A stretch of DNA of 64,000 nucleotides from Mobula hypostoma (Eukaryota), in NCBI RefSeq assembly GCF_963921235.1, contig NC_086108.1, positions 74,712,001 to 74,776,000 on the forward strand, read 5' to 3'. A program made the translations under genes and the position numbers. Each line of letters opens with the position of its first letter. Positions within the stretch are counted from its first letter, which is position 1. The notes under the pieces were generated by a model, which saw nothing but the letters and a program-made list of their open reading frames with translations, made no database searches and had not been told where the DNA came from. Shown here one piece after another: positions 24,930-37,766 of this stretch.

Positions 24930-25470
24930 CATCTTAACTGAATTTCATAGGAGCACCATTGACAGCGTCCTGACAAGTTGCATCTTAATCTGATATGGGA
25001 GCAGCCGACCATCAGACTGGAAGTCCCTACAAAGGACAGTGAGAACGGCTGAGAGAATCATAGGGTCTCCCTACCATCCATCAGGGACATTTGTGAGGAG
25101 TGTTGTATTTGCAGGGCCCTTAGTATTATTAAGGATCCTACCCACCCATCCAGCATCCTCTTGGACTTTCTACCATCAGGCAGGAGACTATGATGCATAA
25201 AAACAAGAACGGTCAAGATGGGAAACAGTGTCTTCAGAATGTTAGGCTCTGAACTCCTTGCCACATCGCTTTCGAAGTGTCTCTGGCTAATTTAATTTAT
25301 GCACTTTACTTTGTTTATTTATGTGTAATTCATCTGTAGATTTTATTTTTACTTTTATAAGTTATTGTGTGTTCCATATGTGTTATGTGTACTTTAAACC
25401 CTGGTTTGGAGAAACACTTTCTCATTTGATGGTATACATGTATATAGTTAAATGACAATAAACTTGACAT
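24930..25470 (+). mobile_element. Rex1/Babar LINE 3' fragment
   Basis: FHRSTIDSVLTSCI...LQRTVRTAERII...KDPTHPSS...LPSGRR; tail aataaacttgac. Confidence 0.8.
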
Positions 25471-27612
25471 GATAAAAGGCCAACTGACCTTTGACCGCAC
25501 TTCTGCTTAAATCCGAAGAGTCACTTAGAATGCCATCATGTGGTGTCTAGTGGGAGTTACAGGTTTATTAACAATAGTGTCAAAAAGGACTTAATTGCAG
25601 GAAATGACTACTGAGCGGGTAGAAAGGGGATGATGTTTATTTGGTTAATACATGATTTCCCCCTGTTGATTAGAATGCAATACTAAATAGTACACTGTTC
25701 ATCTTGAAACAGTTCCACTTCATAATGGAGCACTTCAGGTCTCCTATCATACTCAAGATGAATGCCAAATTTAATTTTATAAACAAATGCTATGTTAATT
25801 TCTGAAACAATCAGCCATAGAATATATGTTGCACAACTGCAGTGCAGCGATACCACAATTTTGAATAACTTTCTGTGAATAGACTTACCACAGCAATGAA
25901 ACTGCAAGGTAAAGAACTGAAATGCTGTTTCAGTGTATATGGTGATCTCTAACTCAGTAAAGCATGTAACAAAAGCAACTAACACTGAAGAATATTACTA
26001 CAGATAATTAAAATAGGATGTCTTGCTGTCTTTAAAGATTTGTTTTGGAAAGATGCAAAGAAAATAACTTTGAAGGCATGTTCAAATCTCGAAGAATATA
26101 AACCCCTCTGCTATTTCATTTGAAAGGTTTCAGATTGCATCCTTTATTCTGGAGAATAATAAATGGGAATGCTCCCTTGCCACAGCACATGTACTTTGTT
26201 GCTTTTTGCTTTCAGCTGGTTTTGGTATAACTCTGCTCAAATCGCATCTTTTTAATAAACAAATCCACTTCCCGTCACAAAGTGCAAGAAAGTAAATTGC
26301 ATTCTACCAGTCTACCTCAACATTAAAAGAATTTTTCTTTCCAGTAAGTGGAGCTAATGGGAACAAACTATTATTGGAAAAGAACAAGAAACTGTTGAGA
26401 TTTTCTCCTCACAGTTTTCATGCTTATATAAATATTCTGAAATAACAAAATAAGGACAGATTGCATTTTTTTCCTCAGTGTTGTTTCAAATCCAATTCAG
26501 ACTGACTAGGGTATCAGAAATCTGGATTCTTTCTTTCAAACTTAAACATACTTTGTGGATTGAGTTAGATTGTTTCATTTCAGTCACTAGCAGCGTAAGC
26601 CAATTGTGTAAAACCAACCAGATCCTGGCATAACTTGGCAAAATAAATTGGATAATTTCACACTGGTGCACTGGGGTTTGTTTTACTGAGCAGAGATCAA
26701 CATGTATTGCTGAGACAGCATTTCAGTATGTTATCTTGCCCCTGCGAGAGTGTGGAGTGGATAAATGATCTCCTTCTCAACACACTTTGATAATAACATA
26801 ATAAATTCCTGAAGTAACTATACATATTCATAATATATTCTATTTGGCAGCTGTTACTATGGAAAGGAAGGTTAACTCTCTTTCTCATGCTGGAAACAAG
26901 CAACCTCTCAATGGCATATCCTGACAGCAATAAAATATAAGTATTCGTAGTGAAATAAAAAAAGTACGGTCCTATTAAAGCCTGATATAATAAATATCCA
27001 AAGTTCCTTAAATAGAAGTTTTACAAGTATATTTAGTTTTTATTGCATCTTTTGATTGCTGCGAAACCCATGATTAAAAATAAGAAAAAGGAAAAGCAGT
27101 CGAGTTTACGTAGACCTTGAAATTGGTGGTAACTCCAAAGAGTACATGATTTATTAATAGTCTGCCTGTTACATTTTAATTGTCTGTTAAAATTTGTTAA
27201 TGTACAGTCCTCATTATGATGCTTTACAAGTCTATACATGTATTATGTTTCTATTGCATTGTATTGAATGGGACTAGAAGACTTTGAAACTTCTGAGAGC
27301 TCCTAATAACAAGCATAGTTAGAGAGCTATCCACCACCGTGAAAGCCAGGGATGATGCCTGGACATGTGTAATCTGGTCGTATTTAAAACAGAAATGTTA
27401 GGAGAATCCAACTGTGGAAAAAGAAATCAGTTATCATTAGAGATTAAGGGACTAAGAGAAGAATGGAGGAGTTATAGTTTTCAAAGCAGGGCTGGTAGGA
27501 GGAGTTCCCAGTTTTCCACACCTATCACTCCTAGATAAGCACAATTTCTTTGTAAAAGTTATGAATTTCACAATTGAATCTTATTTGTTTCCAGTCATTG
27601 AATAGTCTTTTC

Positions 27613-27978
27613 AGAATCAGAAATAGGTTTAATATCACTGGCATTTGTCATGCAGTTAATTGTTTTGTGGCAGCACTACATTGTGTCACGTACCCCGTAA
27701 CTGGGTTGCCAAACCAGCAGAAATGGAACGCTCGTTGGAGTCTGTGATTACTAGGAACTAATAAAGTTTTATTAAAGAAATAAGTAATACAGTACTCTAA
27801 TCATAAGGATATAAATGTAACAGGTTAGCAATGATAATACACACATATACACAGAACTAGGGTCATAGGAATCAACCAAGCTCTGTCGCAGTCTAGGGGT
27901 AAAATCATCAGTCTTAAGTGAAGCAGAGTTCAGTTCAGTTTAGTGCAGTTCGAAGTAATCGTTGTTGTTGTACCGTTG

Positions 27979-28013
<35 letters not shown>

Positions 28014-28965
28014 AGGCGCAATTGGTTTCGGGCAGACCTTTTGATGTCTTCTAATCCCGCTGTGGTCACTGACTGTGACCCCTCTGTTCCGGATACGGTT
28101 GTTCTTCCACGGTGAACCTGGCACCCAGGCAAGGGTGGACACACACCCCAGGTTCCCACTGATTGTACCTTTACACCCTGTGAGCCTCTGATCGGTTCCC
28201 GCGAGCCGGTCCTCCAAACTCCCACCACTTGTGGGGGCACACTGCTCTTTCCAGGGTCTCGTGACGTGTCGTGCCTTAGCAAACCTGCTCCTTTTATCCC
28301 CCTGCTGTGGTATCCCCTGTCCATCAAACTTCAAACAGTTCAGGTTCAAAGCAACCGGTCTGTCAATATCTGAATTGTGTTTCTTTCCTGATAATCTCTC
28401 TCTTCTCTCTCATTAGCATTTTGAACGTTTCTCCATTGTCTTCTGTTATCTCTCTCATTAGCATCATCCATCTGGTAGCTCTGCTTGGCATCACACATGA
28501 CAATTGCAATACATAACAATAAAATATATATATATATAATTAAATAAGTAATGCAAAAACAGAGCAAAAAATTGTGAGGTAGTATTCATGAATTCAATGT
28601 CCATTCAGATATCTGATGGTGCTGGGGAAAAAGCTTTTCCTGAATCATCGAGTGTGTATCTTTAGGCTCCTGCACCTCCTACTTGATGGCAACAATGAGA
28701 AGAGAGCACGTCCTGGGTGATGGGGGTTCTTAAAGATGGATGCTGTCTTTTTGAGGCATTGCCCTTTGAAGTTGTACTTGATGCTGCAGAGGCTCCTGTG
28801 ATGGAGCTGGCTAAGTTTACAGCTTTCTGTGGCTTTTTCTGATCCTGTGCAGTAGCCTCTCCATACCACTGTGGTAATGTGACCAGTTAGAATGCTGTCC
28901 ATCTGCAAACATTTGTGAGTGACTTTGGTGAAATACCAATTCTCCTCAAACTCCTAATGAAATAG
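27613..28965 (-). mobile_element. Rex1/Babar LINE 3' fragment split by a solo LTR
   Basis: agaatcagaaataggtttaatatcact tail; ORF 28645-28908 HHPGRALFSLLPSSRRCRSLKIHTR. Confidence 0.8.
27684..28502 (-). mobile_element. Solo LTR (Gypsy-like, 819 bp)
   Basis: Termini TGTCA...TGACA and 4-bp TSD ATTG (27680-27683, 28503-28506). Removing it restores cagcactacattgcaatacataa of the Rex1 UTR. Contains a (GA)n tract at about 27980-28008 and a minus-strand AATAAA near 27770. Confidence 0.85.
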
Positions 28966-30556
28966 AATAACGTATAAGCATATTACTATTTCAAATAGAT
29001 TTCAATTATGAAAAAGTAAAAACTATTAAAATAATTTTAAACATTAGAATAGACCAATACAATGTGAAGTACTAACAAGTAGTCAAAACTCACTAAACGA
29101 TCCATAAAACAATGAACTGCACTCTCTACCTCTACAAGGTTGGAAAGTCCAGACAAACAAATGGTGTAAATTGGAAAGGGTGAATGTAAAGTTGCTCATC
29201 CCTTCTCTCCAGGAGATCAATGCTCCACCACTGGGAGAAAGTAGTGAGCTGATGTTGTTGGGTAGAGAATTCCCAAGATTGGAATTCCAGGAGAATTGAT
29301 ATCTCCTTATCTCAGTCTTGAATAGCTGACACTTTATTTTGAGACTGTGATTACTCAACCAGGGAAAACATTATCCTTGCATCTCCCATGTCACGCTCTG
29401 TAAGCATTTTGTTTATGTTTTGTATGTTTTGCCACGCTGTGTGTTTGTACACGCCAACTAAGTTACATCCTCAGCTCAGTGGAACCTTTCACTGCCTTCT
29501 CTATTATTCTGGCAGCATCCTCTGTTCTCTCTGAAGTTGGGCCAGTAAAACAGAGACAAGCAGGGCCTCTTCCACTCAGCTTCCTACAACATGTGTTGAT
29601 GGATGTCAATGGCACTGACTATTTTCCCCAAGGAAATTATTCACATTCTAAGGAGGTTAAAGGTAAACTGGGATGTAGGATTGTATAAGATCTGATATAG
29701 GCAAGGCTAGAAGGATGCTGAATTTGGAAAATGTGCATCAATGGAAAGGAAGCGGTGTTTATTTATTTCAGGTAAAACAATGGCTACTCTTTAAGGATGG
29801 AAACAGACGTTATTATGAGAATGTTAATAAGTATCTCAAATCTTGGGAAAAGATATGAAAGCAAAAGGACTGTTTAGCTCTTCTTATATGAAAAATATGA
29901 TGGTCCAAATCTTCCCTCTGCCCTTAAAACCTATTGTTAATTGAAGCTAGGCATGGTGTGAATTCTTCCACTAGGGAGACAGTTCCAAATGAATCAGTTT
30001 GTCTCAGCACAGCACAGTCTCTTTCCAGATGAAAATGGAAAGCTCTGCTCTGCAGATTTGTTTTCAGGTCTGGTTAAGGCCTGCCTCCAAGATTACCTCC
30101 TGTGAAGGCTGCCAAGGCAATGGAATGTCTCTGAGATTCGTAGAAATTCAAAATTACTCAAAACCTATGAAAATTAACTATTAAAGCACTTAACATTTTA
30201 AAGAAAATTATAAAACATCTGATATCTAAAACAATTAAACACATTTAAATCTTAGGTCATAAGGTCATAGAATAGTTAAAGCACAAAGGTGGCTAATCAG
30301 CCCAACATCTCCACATTGATTTACCACCAGAGCAACAGATTGATCTACATTCCTTCTCAATAGTTTTGCAGTTCTTTTTCCAGATTCTAACCATGCACTT
30401 AGGTAAAAAAAAAGTTCTCCTGCATCACTTTAAATATTTTCCTCATTATTTTATATCTGTGCCCATTAGTCTTTGACCCCTCCACCAAAGGCAACAGCTT
30501 CCCACTATCCAGTCTGTATGGATTCTTCATTATCTTATATAGTTCTATCAAATCTC

Positions 30557-31147
30557 TGGTTCCTTAACATTGTAATAGCCGGGGGTATAGTGGGGCTGAG
30601 CTCTCACTACCTATTAAATGCTCCCAATGCTCTGCATCTCAAATAGCCTCTAACAGCCGAGTCTAGCTCCTAGCCTTCACGTGTAGCTTAGCTACTAAGC
30701 CCAGCAGAACTGTTTCTACTAACAGGAGAAGGAGACAAAGTGGGCTATTGGTGCCTTTAAACCGGTCACTTACGGCAGATGGGCCATGTCAGTCGTGGTT
30801 GGCAGCTCATTTAGGAGAGGGGTAACTTTGATCTGAAACCTCTGCTGCCTTGTGACTATACCCACGCAAGGGGAAGACTTCACCAGTAAACCCTGAGGAA
30901 AAATCCGCAGCTGGAGTCCCTAAGGCAGTCCTATGTTGAGTTCAAAACTGACTGACAACTCTTGCAATGCTGCTGGTGCCAAACTGTTCCAGTCTCTGTG
31001 TTCTTCTGGACTCATCAGCTGAGTGGAGAGAGGAGCCTGTTACATGGGCAACAGCTTGCTCTCCATATCGTACTGCCCGGGCTTGCATTTCATTTAGGAG
31101 CTGTGATGCACCATCCATGATTGATTGGACCAACAGAGGGCCTCAAG
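30557..31147 (+). mobile_element. Non-autonomous RTE-derived element
   Basis: 10-bp TSD ATCAAATCTC (30547-30556, 31148-31157) inside a CR1 relic. RTE 5'-UTR-like motif ggcagctcatttaggagaggggtaactttgatctgaaacc. No ORF. Confidence 0.6.
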
Positions 31148-31953
31148 ATCAAATCTCCCCTGACCCTTCCAAAACAAGCTCGAGCCTCTCCAATCTACAT
31201 TGGTAACTCCATTTGTTATTTCATCGGGGAAAAAAAAAATCCAATTATCTTTATAAACACAATTTCCCCTTAAAATCCATCCTAGCTTTCCTTAATTAAT
31301 CAATTGTGCTGCTGGTACCCAGTAACTCAGCCATGAAGGAGAAACATTCCTCATTATCTTGTCTCCCTCATAAGTATGAATATTTCAATCAGGTTTTCTC
31401 TCACCATACTTACTATCTCCTGACCTGCTCTATCCTAGGAACATTCTGGTGAATCTCCTGGTCACTCTCTCAGTTTAATCACAACCATCCTAGAACATGG
31501 CAACCATGGCCTACTTAAACAGCTAAATAATTGTCCTCTAACCTCCCTGCCATCTTATTCTGTGCTCTGTCTAATGGAAGCAAGTATCCCTCATATGTCC
31601 TCAGTGCTTCCTAAGGCGTTATGTTCATTGTGTATATCTAGCCGCATTATCTCCCTCAAAATTCTTCACCTCATGGACCAGTACAGTGCTGTAAAGGCCC
31701 TTCAGCCCATCACATCTGTGTTGACCATGACGCCAATCAAAACTAATGCCAGCAGTCTGCACATCAGGCTCCTCACTACCTGTTCCTGTCTATCTAAATG
31801 CTTTTTGAACTTTGCTATTGCATCTGCTTCTACCACTTCTCCTGGTATGATGATATTGGGTTTGCTGACCATGAAATTCTAAACTCATATGAAGACCTTA
31901 AGCCCTATCTGATATAAATAGCCATGAGTACTCTCACTAAAGGACAGGTATAC

Positions 31954-32664
31954 TGTAACTACAAAATCTTCAAAGACTTGTTCACTTCCCTGTTTATTCT
32001 CCACAGTGAGTTTAGCTGCCAATACCCACTATTTGACCAATGGTTCCCCCCTTCCTACCAAGGAGAAAATACTTCCAGCTAACAAAGAAGTTTAAACAAT
32101 GTTCATTTATTTTCAGTGATACACGTTTAAATCCAAACAACACCCTTTAAACACATTTAAAACTCACAGAGGATTTCTACCTTACAAAAGACTTCCAAGT
32201 TACAAACAATTTTTAAACACAAAGGATTTCCAAAACAATTCCCATAAGCTAGAAAGACATACAAATCAGTTGTCCATCGCAGAAATCAAAGGCAGGGGAT
32301 AGATCCTAGTTCACCCCATGTTTCTTTCAAGCTTCTTGATGTTCCTTACACCATTCCTAATAAGCCTGAACTACTCTTCATTGAGACAGTTTCTTTGCCA
32401 CTTGGATGACTTCACACACATGTGATAGTCTGTCATATACCTTTGACACAAAGGGTCTAAAAGCTTCTTAGAGACACAGATCCTAGGTACCCACAATTAA
32501 TGCTGTGAAGCTAACTTGAGTACATAAGTCTTCCAATTTATTAATAGATCAGTTATGCTAAGTGATTGTCTCAATCTGGTCTGCAAGCTTCCTTGAAATA
32601 AAACAACTTAGTCAGCGTTGTCTAGTTTTGAAACATACCAAATTAAATAACTCATTGTCGTACA
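31954..32664 (-). mobile_element. Probable solo LTR
   Basis: TGTA...TACA termini with imperfect 4-bp flanks ATAC/ATGC. Shares tctggtctgcaagcttccttgaa with a fragment at about 17060-17225. Confidence 0.45.
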
Positions 32665-32764
32665 ATGCACCAAATAAGAGGTTTGCTCAAGAGGTGCATT
32701 GTAAGATGCACTTACCACTCTATGTGTAAAAAAAAATGCCTCGAATATCTCCTTTAAACATTCT

Positions 32765-33327
32765 TGTAACTGTCTCAGGGACATGTTTCATTGAGATGTT
32801 TATTTTATATGTTTTTGTCATAAATTCATAATTATTTTATCACCTTAAAATATTTGATGTAAGGTTTATTTAATGTAGAGTGTAATGGGTCACATGACCA
32901 GAGTTCAATGAAAGCATGACTGAGGCATCATGGGTCAGAACCAACATGGAGGCAGAGAAAGACACATGGCCCTAAAATAACCTCATTCTGCATGTGGTCC
33001 AAGAGGCGCACATGGTAATTATGTTTCCTAATTTGTCTTGTATAATGTTGTTAAGGTGCCTTTATATGAACAGTGTGATATGTTTTAGTGATTTATTTGA
33101 TTTCAGCACACTTCTGATGTGCTAATGTGTTTGAGCCTGTTTATTGGCAGACACTAGCTTGAAAGATTTTAAAAGACTGAGGGATGTATATTTCAAACTT
33201 CTATGTCCTTTATTTTCTTGTAGTTTTCATGGTGTCTACTGAAGAAAGAGAGAGAGAACTAAAAATAAATCTTCAAGGACATCTGTATGTTGCGTGGCCA
33301 TTATTTTATTGGACCGGTGCAGTTACA
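32765..33327 (+). mobile_element. Solo LTR (563 bp)
   Basis: Termini TGTAACTG...CAGTTACA (perfect 8-bp inverted), 5-bp TSD ATTCT/GTTCT and AATAAA at 33264. Interrupts a reverse CR1 3' relic. Confidence 0.75.
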
Positions 33328-34339
33328 GTTCTGCCTCTCGGCCTAAAGCTATTTCCTCTAGTGTTGAACATTTCTACCCTGGGAAAATAACTCTGACTAC
33401 CTGTCCTGTCCATGCCTCTCATAATTTTATATACTGTACTTCTAGCACATTTATGAGGATTCAATTCCATTTTCCACCCCCCAATTCATTTTACCAATTC
33501 TTTGATATTATTTTTTGGCCTAATGCAGCCATCTACAGTATCCACAACATCACCAATTTATGTGCCATCTGTAGATATACTAATCATGCCACCTACATTT
33601 ATGTGCAGATTGTTAATGTGTAAAACAAATAACAAAGGTCTCACCACAGATTCCCTGTGGTACACCACTGATCACAGGCTTCCACAAAACTATCCTCAAA
33701 CATTACCCTCTTCCTTCCATCACCAAACCAATTTCAGGACCAATTTGCTCAGGATCAAATGGGCTCTTACATTTTGCTCTGTTTCCCAGTGGGCTTTTGT
33801 CAGCAGTTTTACAGAAGTCTACACAGGCTGCTTTAACGGTATTATACTCAACAACACAGCTGCCCCTTAAATTAATTAGTCAAATACATCCACTGGGATA
33901 TTCCCCCAGCAAAGCCATACTAACTAGCCTTGGATAATTTTTGCCTCTTCAACCTTGAATCATTTGAACTTTTTCTAATAATGTTATGTTTATCAGTTTG
34001 TATTACCTTACTTTTCTTTTTTGTCCTTCTTAGATAAACGTATGCCATTTGCTCGCTTCCATTTATCTAGCACCTCTTCTCTAGCCGAAGATTTGTTAGC
34101 TTCTGTGAGAGTCCCTGCAGTCTCCTCCTTTCCCTCCCATTGCAGCCTGGGATATATCTCAATAGGCTCTGGGAATTATTAACTTTCAGCCACATAAGAC
34201 ATCTAATACCTCATTTTCAATACTACCTGTGAGGAAAGAAACTTCTAAACCTTTTCTAAACAATCTCAGGAGCTGTTTTAAACTGAAAACTACTGACCAC
34301 CCAATCAGTTAAACTAATCTTCAACTTTTTAACTTTTCA

Positions 34340-34495
34340 ACTCTTATTCCTTTCCCCTCCCCCATCTTCTTATTCTGGCTTTTTCCACCTTCCTTTCCAG
34401 TTCAGGAGAAGGGACTCAACCCAAAACGTTGACTGTTTATTCCTCTCTTCTGATGCTGTCTGACCTGCTGAATTAATCCAGATTTTGTATGTTTT
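34340..34495 (+). mobile_element. Penelope pLTR relic with decayed hammerhead
   Basis: ccttcctttccagttcaggagaagggactcaacccaaaacgttgactg...gatgctgtctgacctgctg. Confidence 0.7.
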
Positions 34496-35740
34496 CTTCA
34501 ACTTTTTAACCTAGCCTTAGATTGCCATGCTCAAATTGAAATGGTCCTAAATGAGTTCCTATGAAAGAATTGTTGAACTTTGTGATGTTTGTGATCTCTT
34601 GCTTATCTTGATTAGGATGCACGTGTCACATTTCTTTAGTTCTGGAAGATACACGTCTTGTCAGATTCTCCTAAGTGAAGTAACATGAAGCAAACCTCTG
34701 CAGGGTATCACTATGCGTACATCAGGCAGTGATGAAAGAGATCAGAATGTTAGGAATAGCAAACTATTCACTAGGTTAACGTATTTTGGTTAGTCTTACT
34801 CACTGGTTGGGTGTGTAAAAGAAAAATAAATATAATAAGGAAAAGAACCAATATGGGTGAAAATCTGTGGAGTCCACAAAAATATCAAATACAAAAGGGC
34901 TTCTTCATACACTTAAGCTGAGAAGGTTGACATTCCTTATAAGTAGAACTTAAGAAAAAAGTTTCCCACAGCCTTATTCAAACACCAAGTCTATACACAC
35001 AATTTCTGATTAGTCTGACTCAATGTTAATCAAGTCCAGCTGTAGCTGCATGTGCAATAGACTGAATTAATTCAATATTTTGTTCCACCAAATAACTACC
35101 CTTAAAAAAACAGCTTTTTATTAAAAAATAATCATCAGGGAATTTTATGACTGACAGGCCAGTTGTTGACCTTTGCGCAGTGATGGGATGCCGAATTAAG
35201 CCCTTTAGAAGCAGTGCAATGAAAGCTCAGGAGGCATTTCGCAATCATGTTTCACAATGCCTTTGATTACCAAAATTTTAAACAGTTCAGAATAATGTTG
35301 CAACAATAAATTGTAATAATCATTGTAATCAATCAACTTGTTATTAATCACTTGCCTGTGCTGGAATGGGATTTCCTGAATAAGGATGTGAAAATGTCAT
35401 TGAGTCACATTCAACATGAAGAGTTTGATGCATGATTCTTTTGGTCACTCCAATCTCAAAGATAGTGATGAGCATCACCCTGTCATATATTCATGACAAA
35501 CTCCAATTGTAGTAGTTAAATAGGCTTATTTTCTCAGTCCCACTTTTAATTTTGATATGTGTACTGCTTTTTGTAGCAATTTTATAATTGTTTGATTTCT
35601 CATAAGGTGTTGCTGCCAGTTATTCAAAAAATAACCATTGTTCCAGTGTACACTGATTGTACGAGTGGGAAATATTAAACCGTTGCTTAAAAATAAAATG
35701 AATGGAAAGGAATGAAATGGCCAAATAGTCTGAAACATAG

Positions 35741-37385
35741 ATGTTGAGGACAATATGAGTGAGGTTGATGTTCTGGAGCATGTTGATATTAAGGGAGAGG
35801 AGGTGTTGGAGTTGTTAAAATACATTAGGACGGATAAGTCCCCGTGGCCTGACGGAATATTCCCCAGGCTGCTCCATGAGGCGAGGGAAGAGATTTCTGA
35901 GCTGCTGGCTAGGATCTTTATGTCCTTGTTGTCCATGGGAATGCTACCGGAGGATTGGAGGGAGGTGAATGTTGTCCCCTTGTTCAAAAAAGGTAGCTGG
36001 GATAATGCGGGTAATTATAGACCAGTGAGCCTTACGTCAGTGGTGGGAAAGCTGTTGGAAAAGATTCTTAGAGATAGGATCTCTGGGCATTTAGAGAATC
36101 ATGGTCTGATCAGGGACAGTCAGCATGGCTTTGTGAAGGGTAGATCGTGTCTAACAGGACTGATAGAGTTCTTTGAGGAGGTGACCAGGCATATAGATGA
36201 GGGTAGTGCAGTGGATGTGATCTATATGGATTTTAGTAAGGCATTTGACAAGGTTCCACACAGTAGGCTTATTCAGAAAGTCAGAAGGCATGGGATCCAA
36301 GGAAGTTTGGCCAGGTGCATTCAGAATTGGCTTGCCTGCTGAAGGCAGAAGGTGGTGGTGGAGGGAGTACATTCAGATTGGAGGATTGTGACTAGTGGTG
36401 TCCCACAAGGATCTGTTCTGGGACCTCTACTTTTCGTGATTTTTATTAACGACCTGGATGTGGGGGTAGAAGGGTGGGTTGGCAAGTTTGCAGACGACAC
36501 AAAGGTTGGGGGTGTTGTAGATAGTGTAGAGGATTGTCAAAGATTGCAAAGAGACATTGATAGGATGCAGAAGTGGACTGAGAAGTGGCAGATGGAGTTC
36601 AACCCGGAGAAGTGTGAGGTGGTACACTTTGGAAGGACAAACTCCAAGGCAGAGTACAAAGTAAATAGCAGGATACTTGGTAGTGTGGAGGAGCAGAGGG
36701 ATCTCAGGGTACATGTCCACAGATCCCTGAAAGTTGCCTCACAGGTGGATAGGGTAGTTAAGAAAGCTTATGAGGTGTTAGCTTTTATAAGTCGAGGGAT
36801 AGAGTTTAAGAGTTGCGATGTAATGATGCAGCTCTATAAAACTCTGGTCAGGCCACACTTGGAGTACTGTGTCCAGTTCTGGTCACCTCACTATAGAAAG
36901 GATGTGGAAGCATTGGAAAGGGTACAGAGGAGATTTACCAGGATACTGCCTGGTTTAGAGAGTATGCATTATAATCAGAGATTAAGGGAGCTAGGGCTTT
37001 ACTCTTTGGAGAGAAGGAGGATGAGAGGAGACATGATAGAGGTGTCCAAGATAATAAGAAGAATAGTTAGAGTGGATAGCCAACACCTCTTCCCCAGAGC
37101 ACCACTGCTCAATACAAGAGGACATGGCTTTAAGGTAATGGGTGGGAAGTTCAAGGGGGATATTAGAGGGAGGTTTTTTACTCAGAGAGTGGTTGGTGCA
37201 TGGAATGCACTGCCTGAGTCAGTGGTGGAGGCAGATACACTCGAGAAGTTTAAGAGACTACTAGACAGGTATATGGAGGAATTTAAGGTGGGGGGTTATA
37301 TGGGAGGCAGTGTTTGAGGGTCAGCACAAAATTATGGGCTGAAGGGCCTGTACTGTGCTGTACTATCCTATGTTCTATGTTCTAT
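35741..37385 (+). pseudogene. CR1 LINE 3' 1.65 kb with near-intact RT (one in-frame stop)
   Basis: ORFs 35755-36342 and 36352-37317 are the same frame, separated only by TGA at 36340-36342. Motifs NYRPVSLTSV, QHGFVKGRSC, DFSKAFDKVPH, GVPQGSVLGPLLF, FADD. Tail (tatgttc)n; possible TSD ATAG. Confidence 0.95.
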
Positions 37386-37396
37386 AGGCACACAAA

Positions 37397-37766
37397 GCTT
37401 CAAGGACCCAGAGAGCTATACTGGCTGAAGTCAGGGCTTTATGCTTTGGCTCTAGGAGGGTTACCCATGCCAAACTGGTCAAAGGGTAGAGGCCAGACTA
37501 AGAATGGTCTACTAGTCTTTCAGGTTTGGGGGTTTAGCTTAGGACTAACAACTCTGATTGGTAAAACAAAGCTGTTACTGAAACAGCAATGAAGGATCCT
37601 TCTGCATCTGAGTGCAACAGTATTCCTGAGTCTCCACCCAGGACTTGTATGGCTGACAGTAGTGAAAACCAAGCTATTGACATGATGAAGGAAGCCCTGA
37701 ACACTGCCAGAGATGGAAGACCTTCATTGATGCCCTAAATGCCAGTGGTGTAATGGGTAGTACCTA
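37397..37766 (+). mobile_element. Bipartite non-autonomous RTE-derived element
   Basis: TSD ATAGGCACACAAA/ATAGGGACACAAA (12/13). The 5' part is RTE 5'-UTR-like (ggttacccatgccaaactggtcaaagggtagaggccagac, ggactaacaactctg). The 3' part encodes RWKTFIDALNASG, typical of RTE ORF ends. Confidence 0.65.

Noticed and set aside
30577..30760. HDV-like ribozyme at the 5' end of the RTE-like element
   Set aside because: I could not build a convincing P1/P1.1/P2/P3/P4 nested pseudoknot by eye; it needs a descriptor search.
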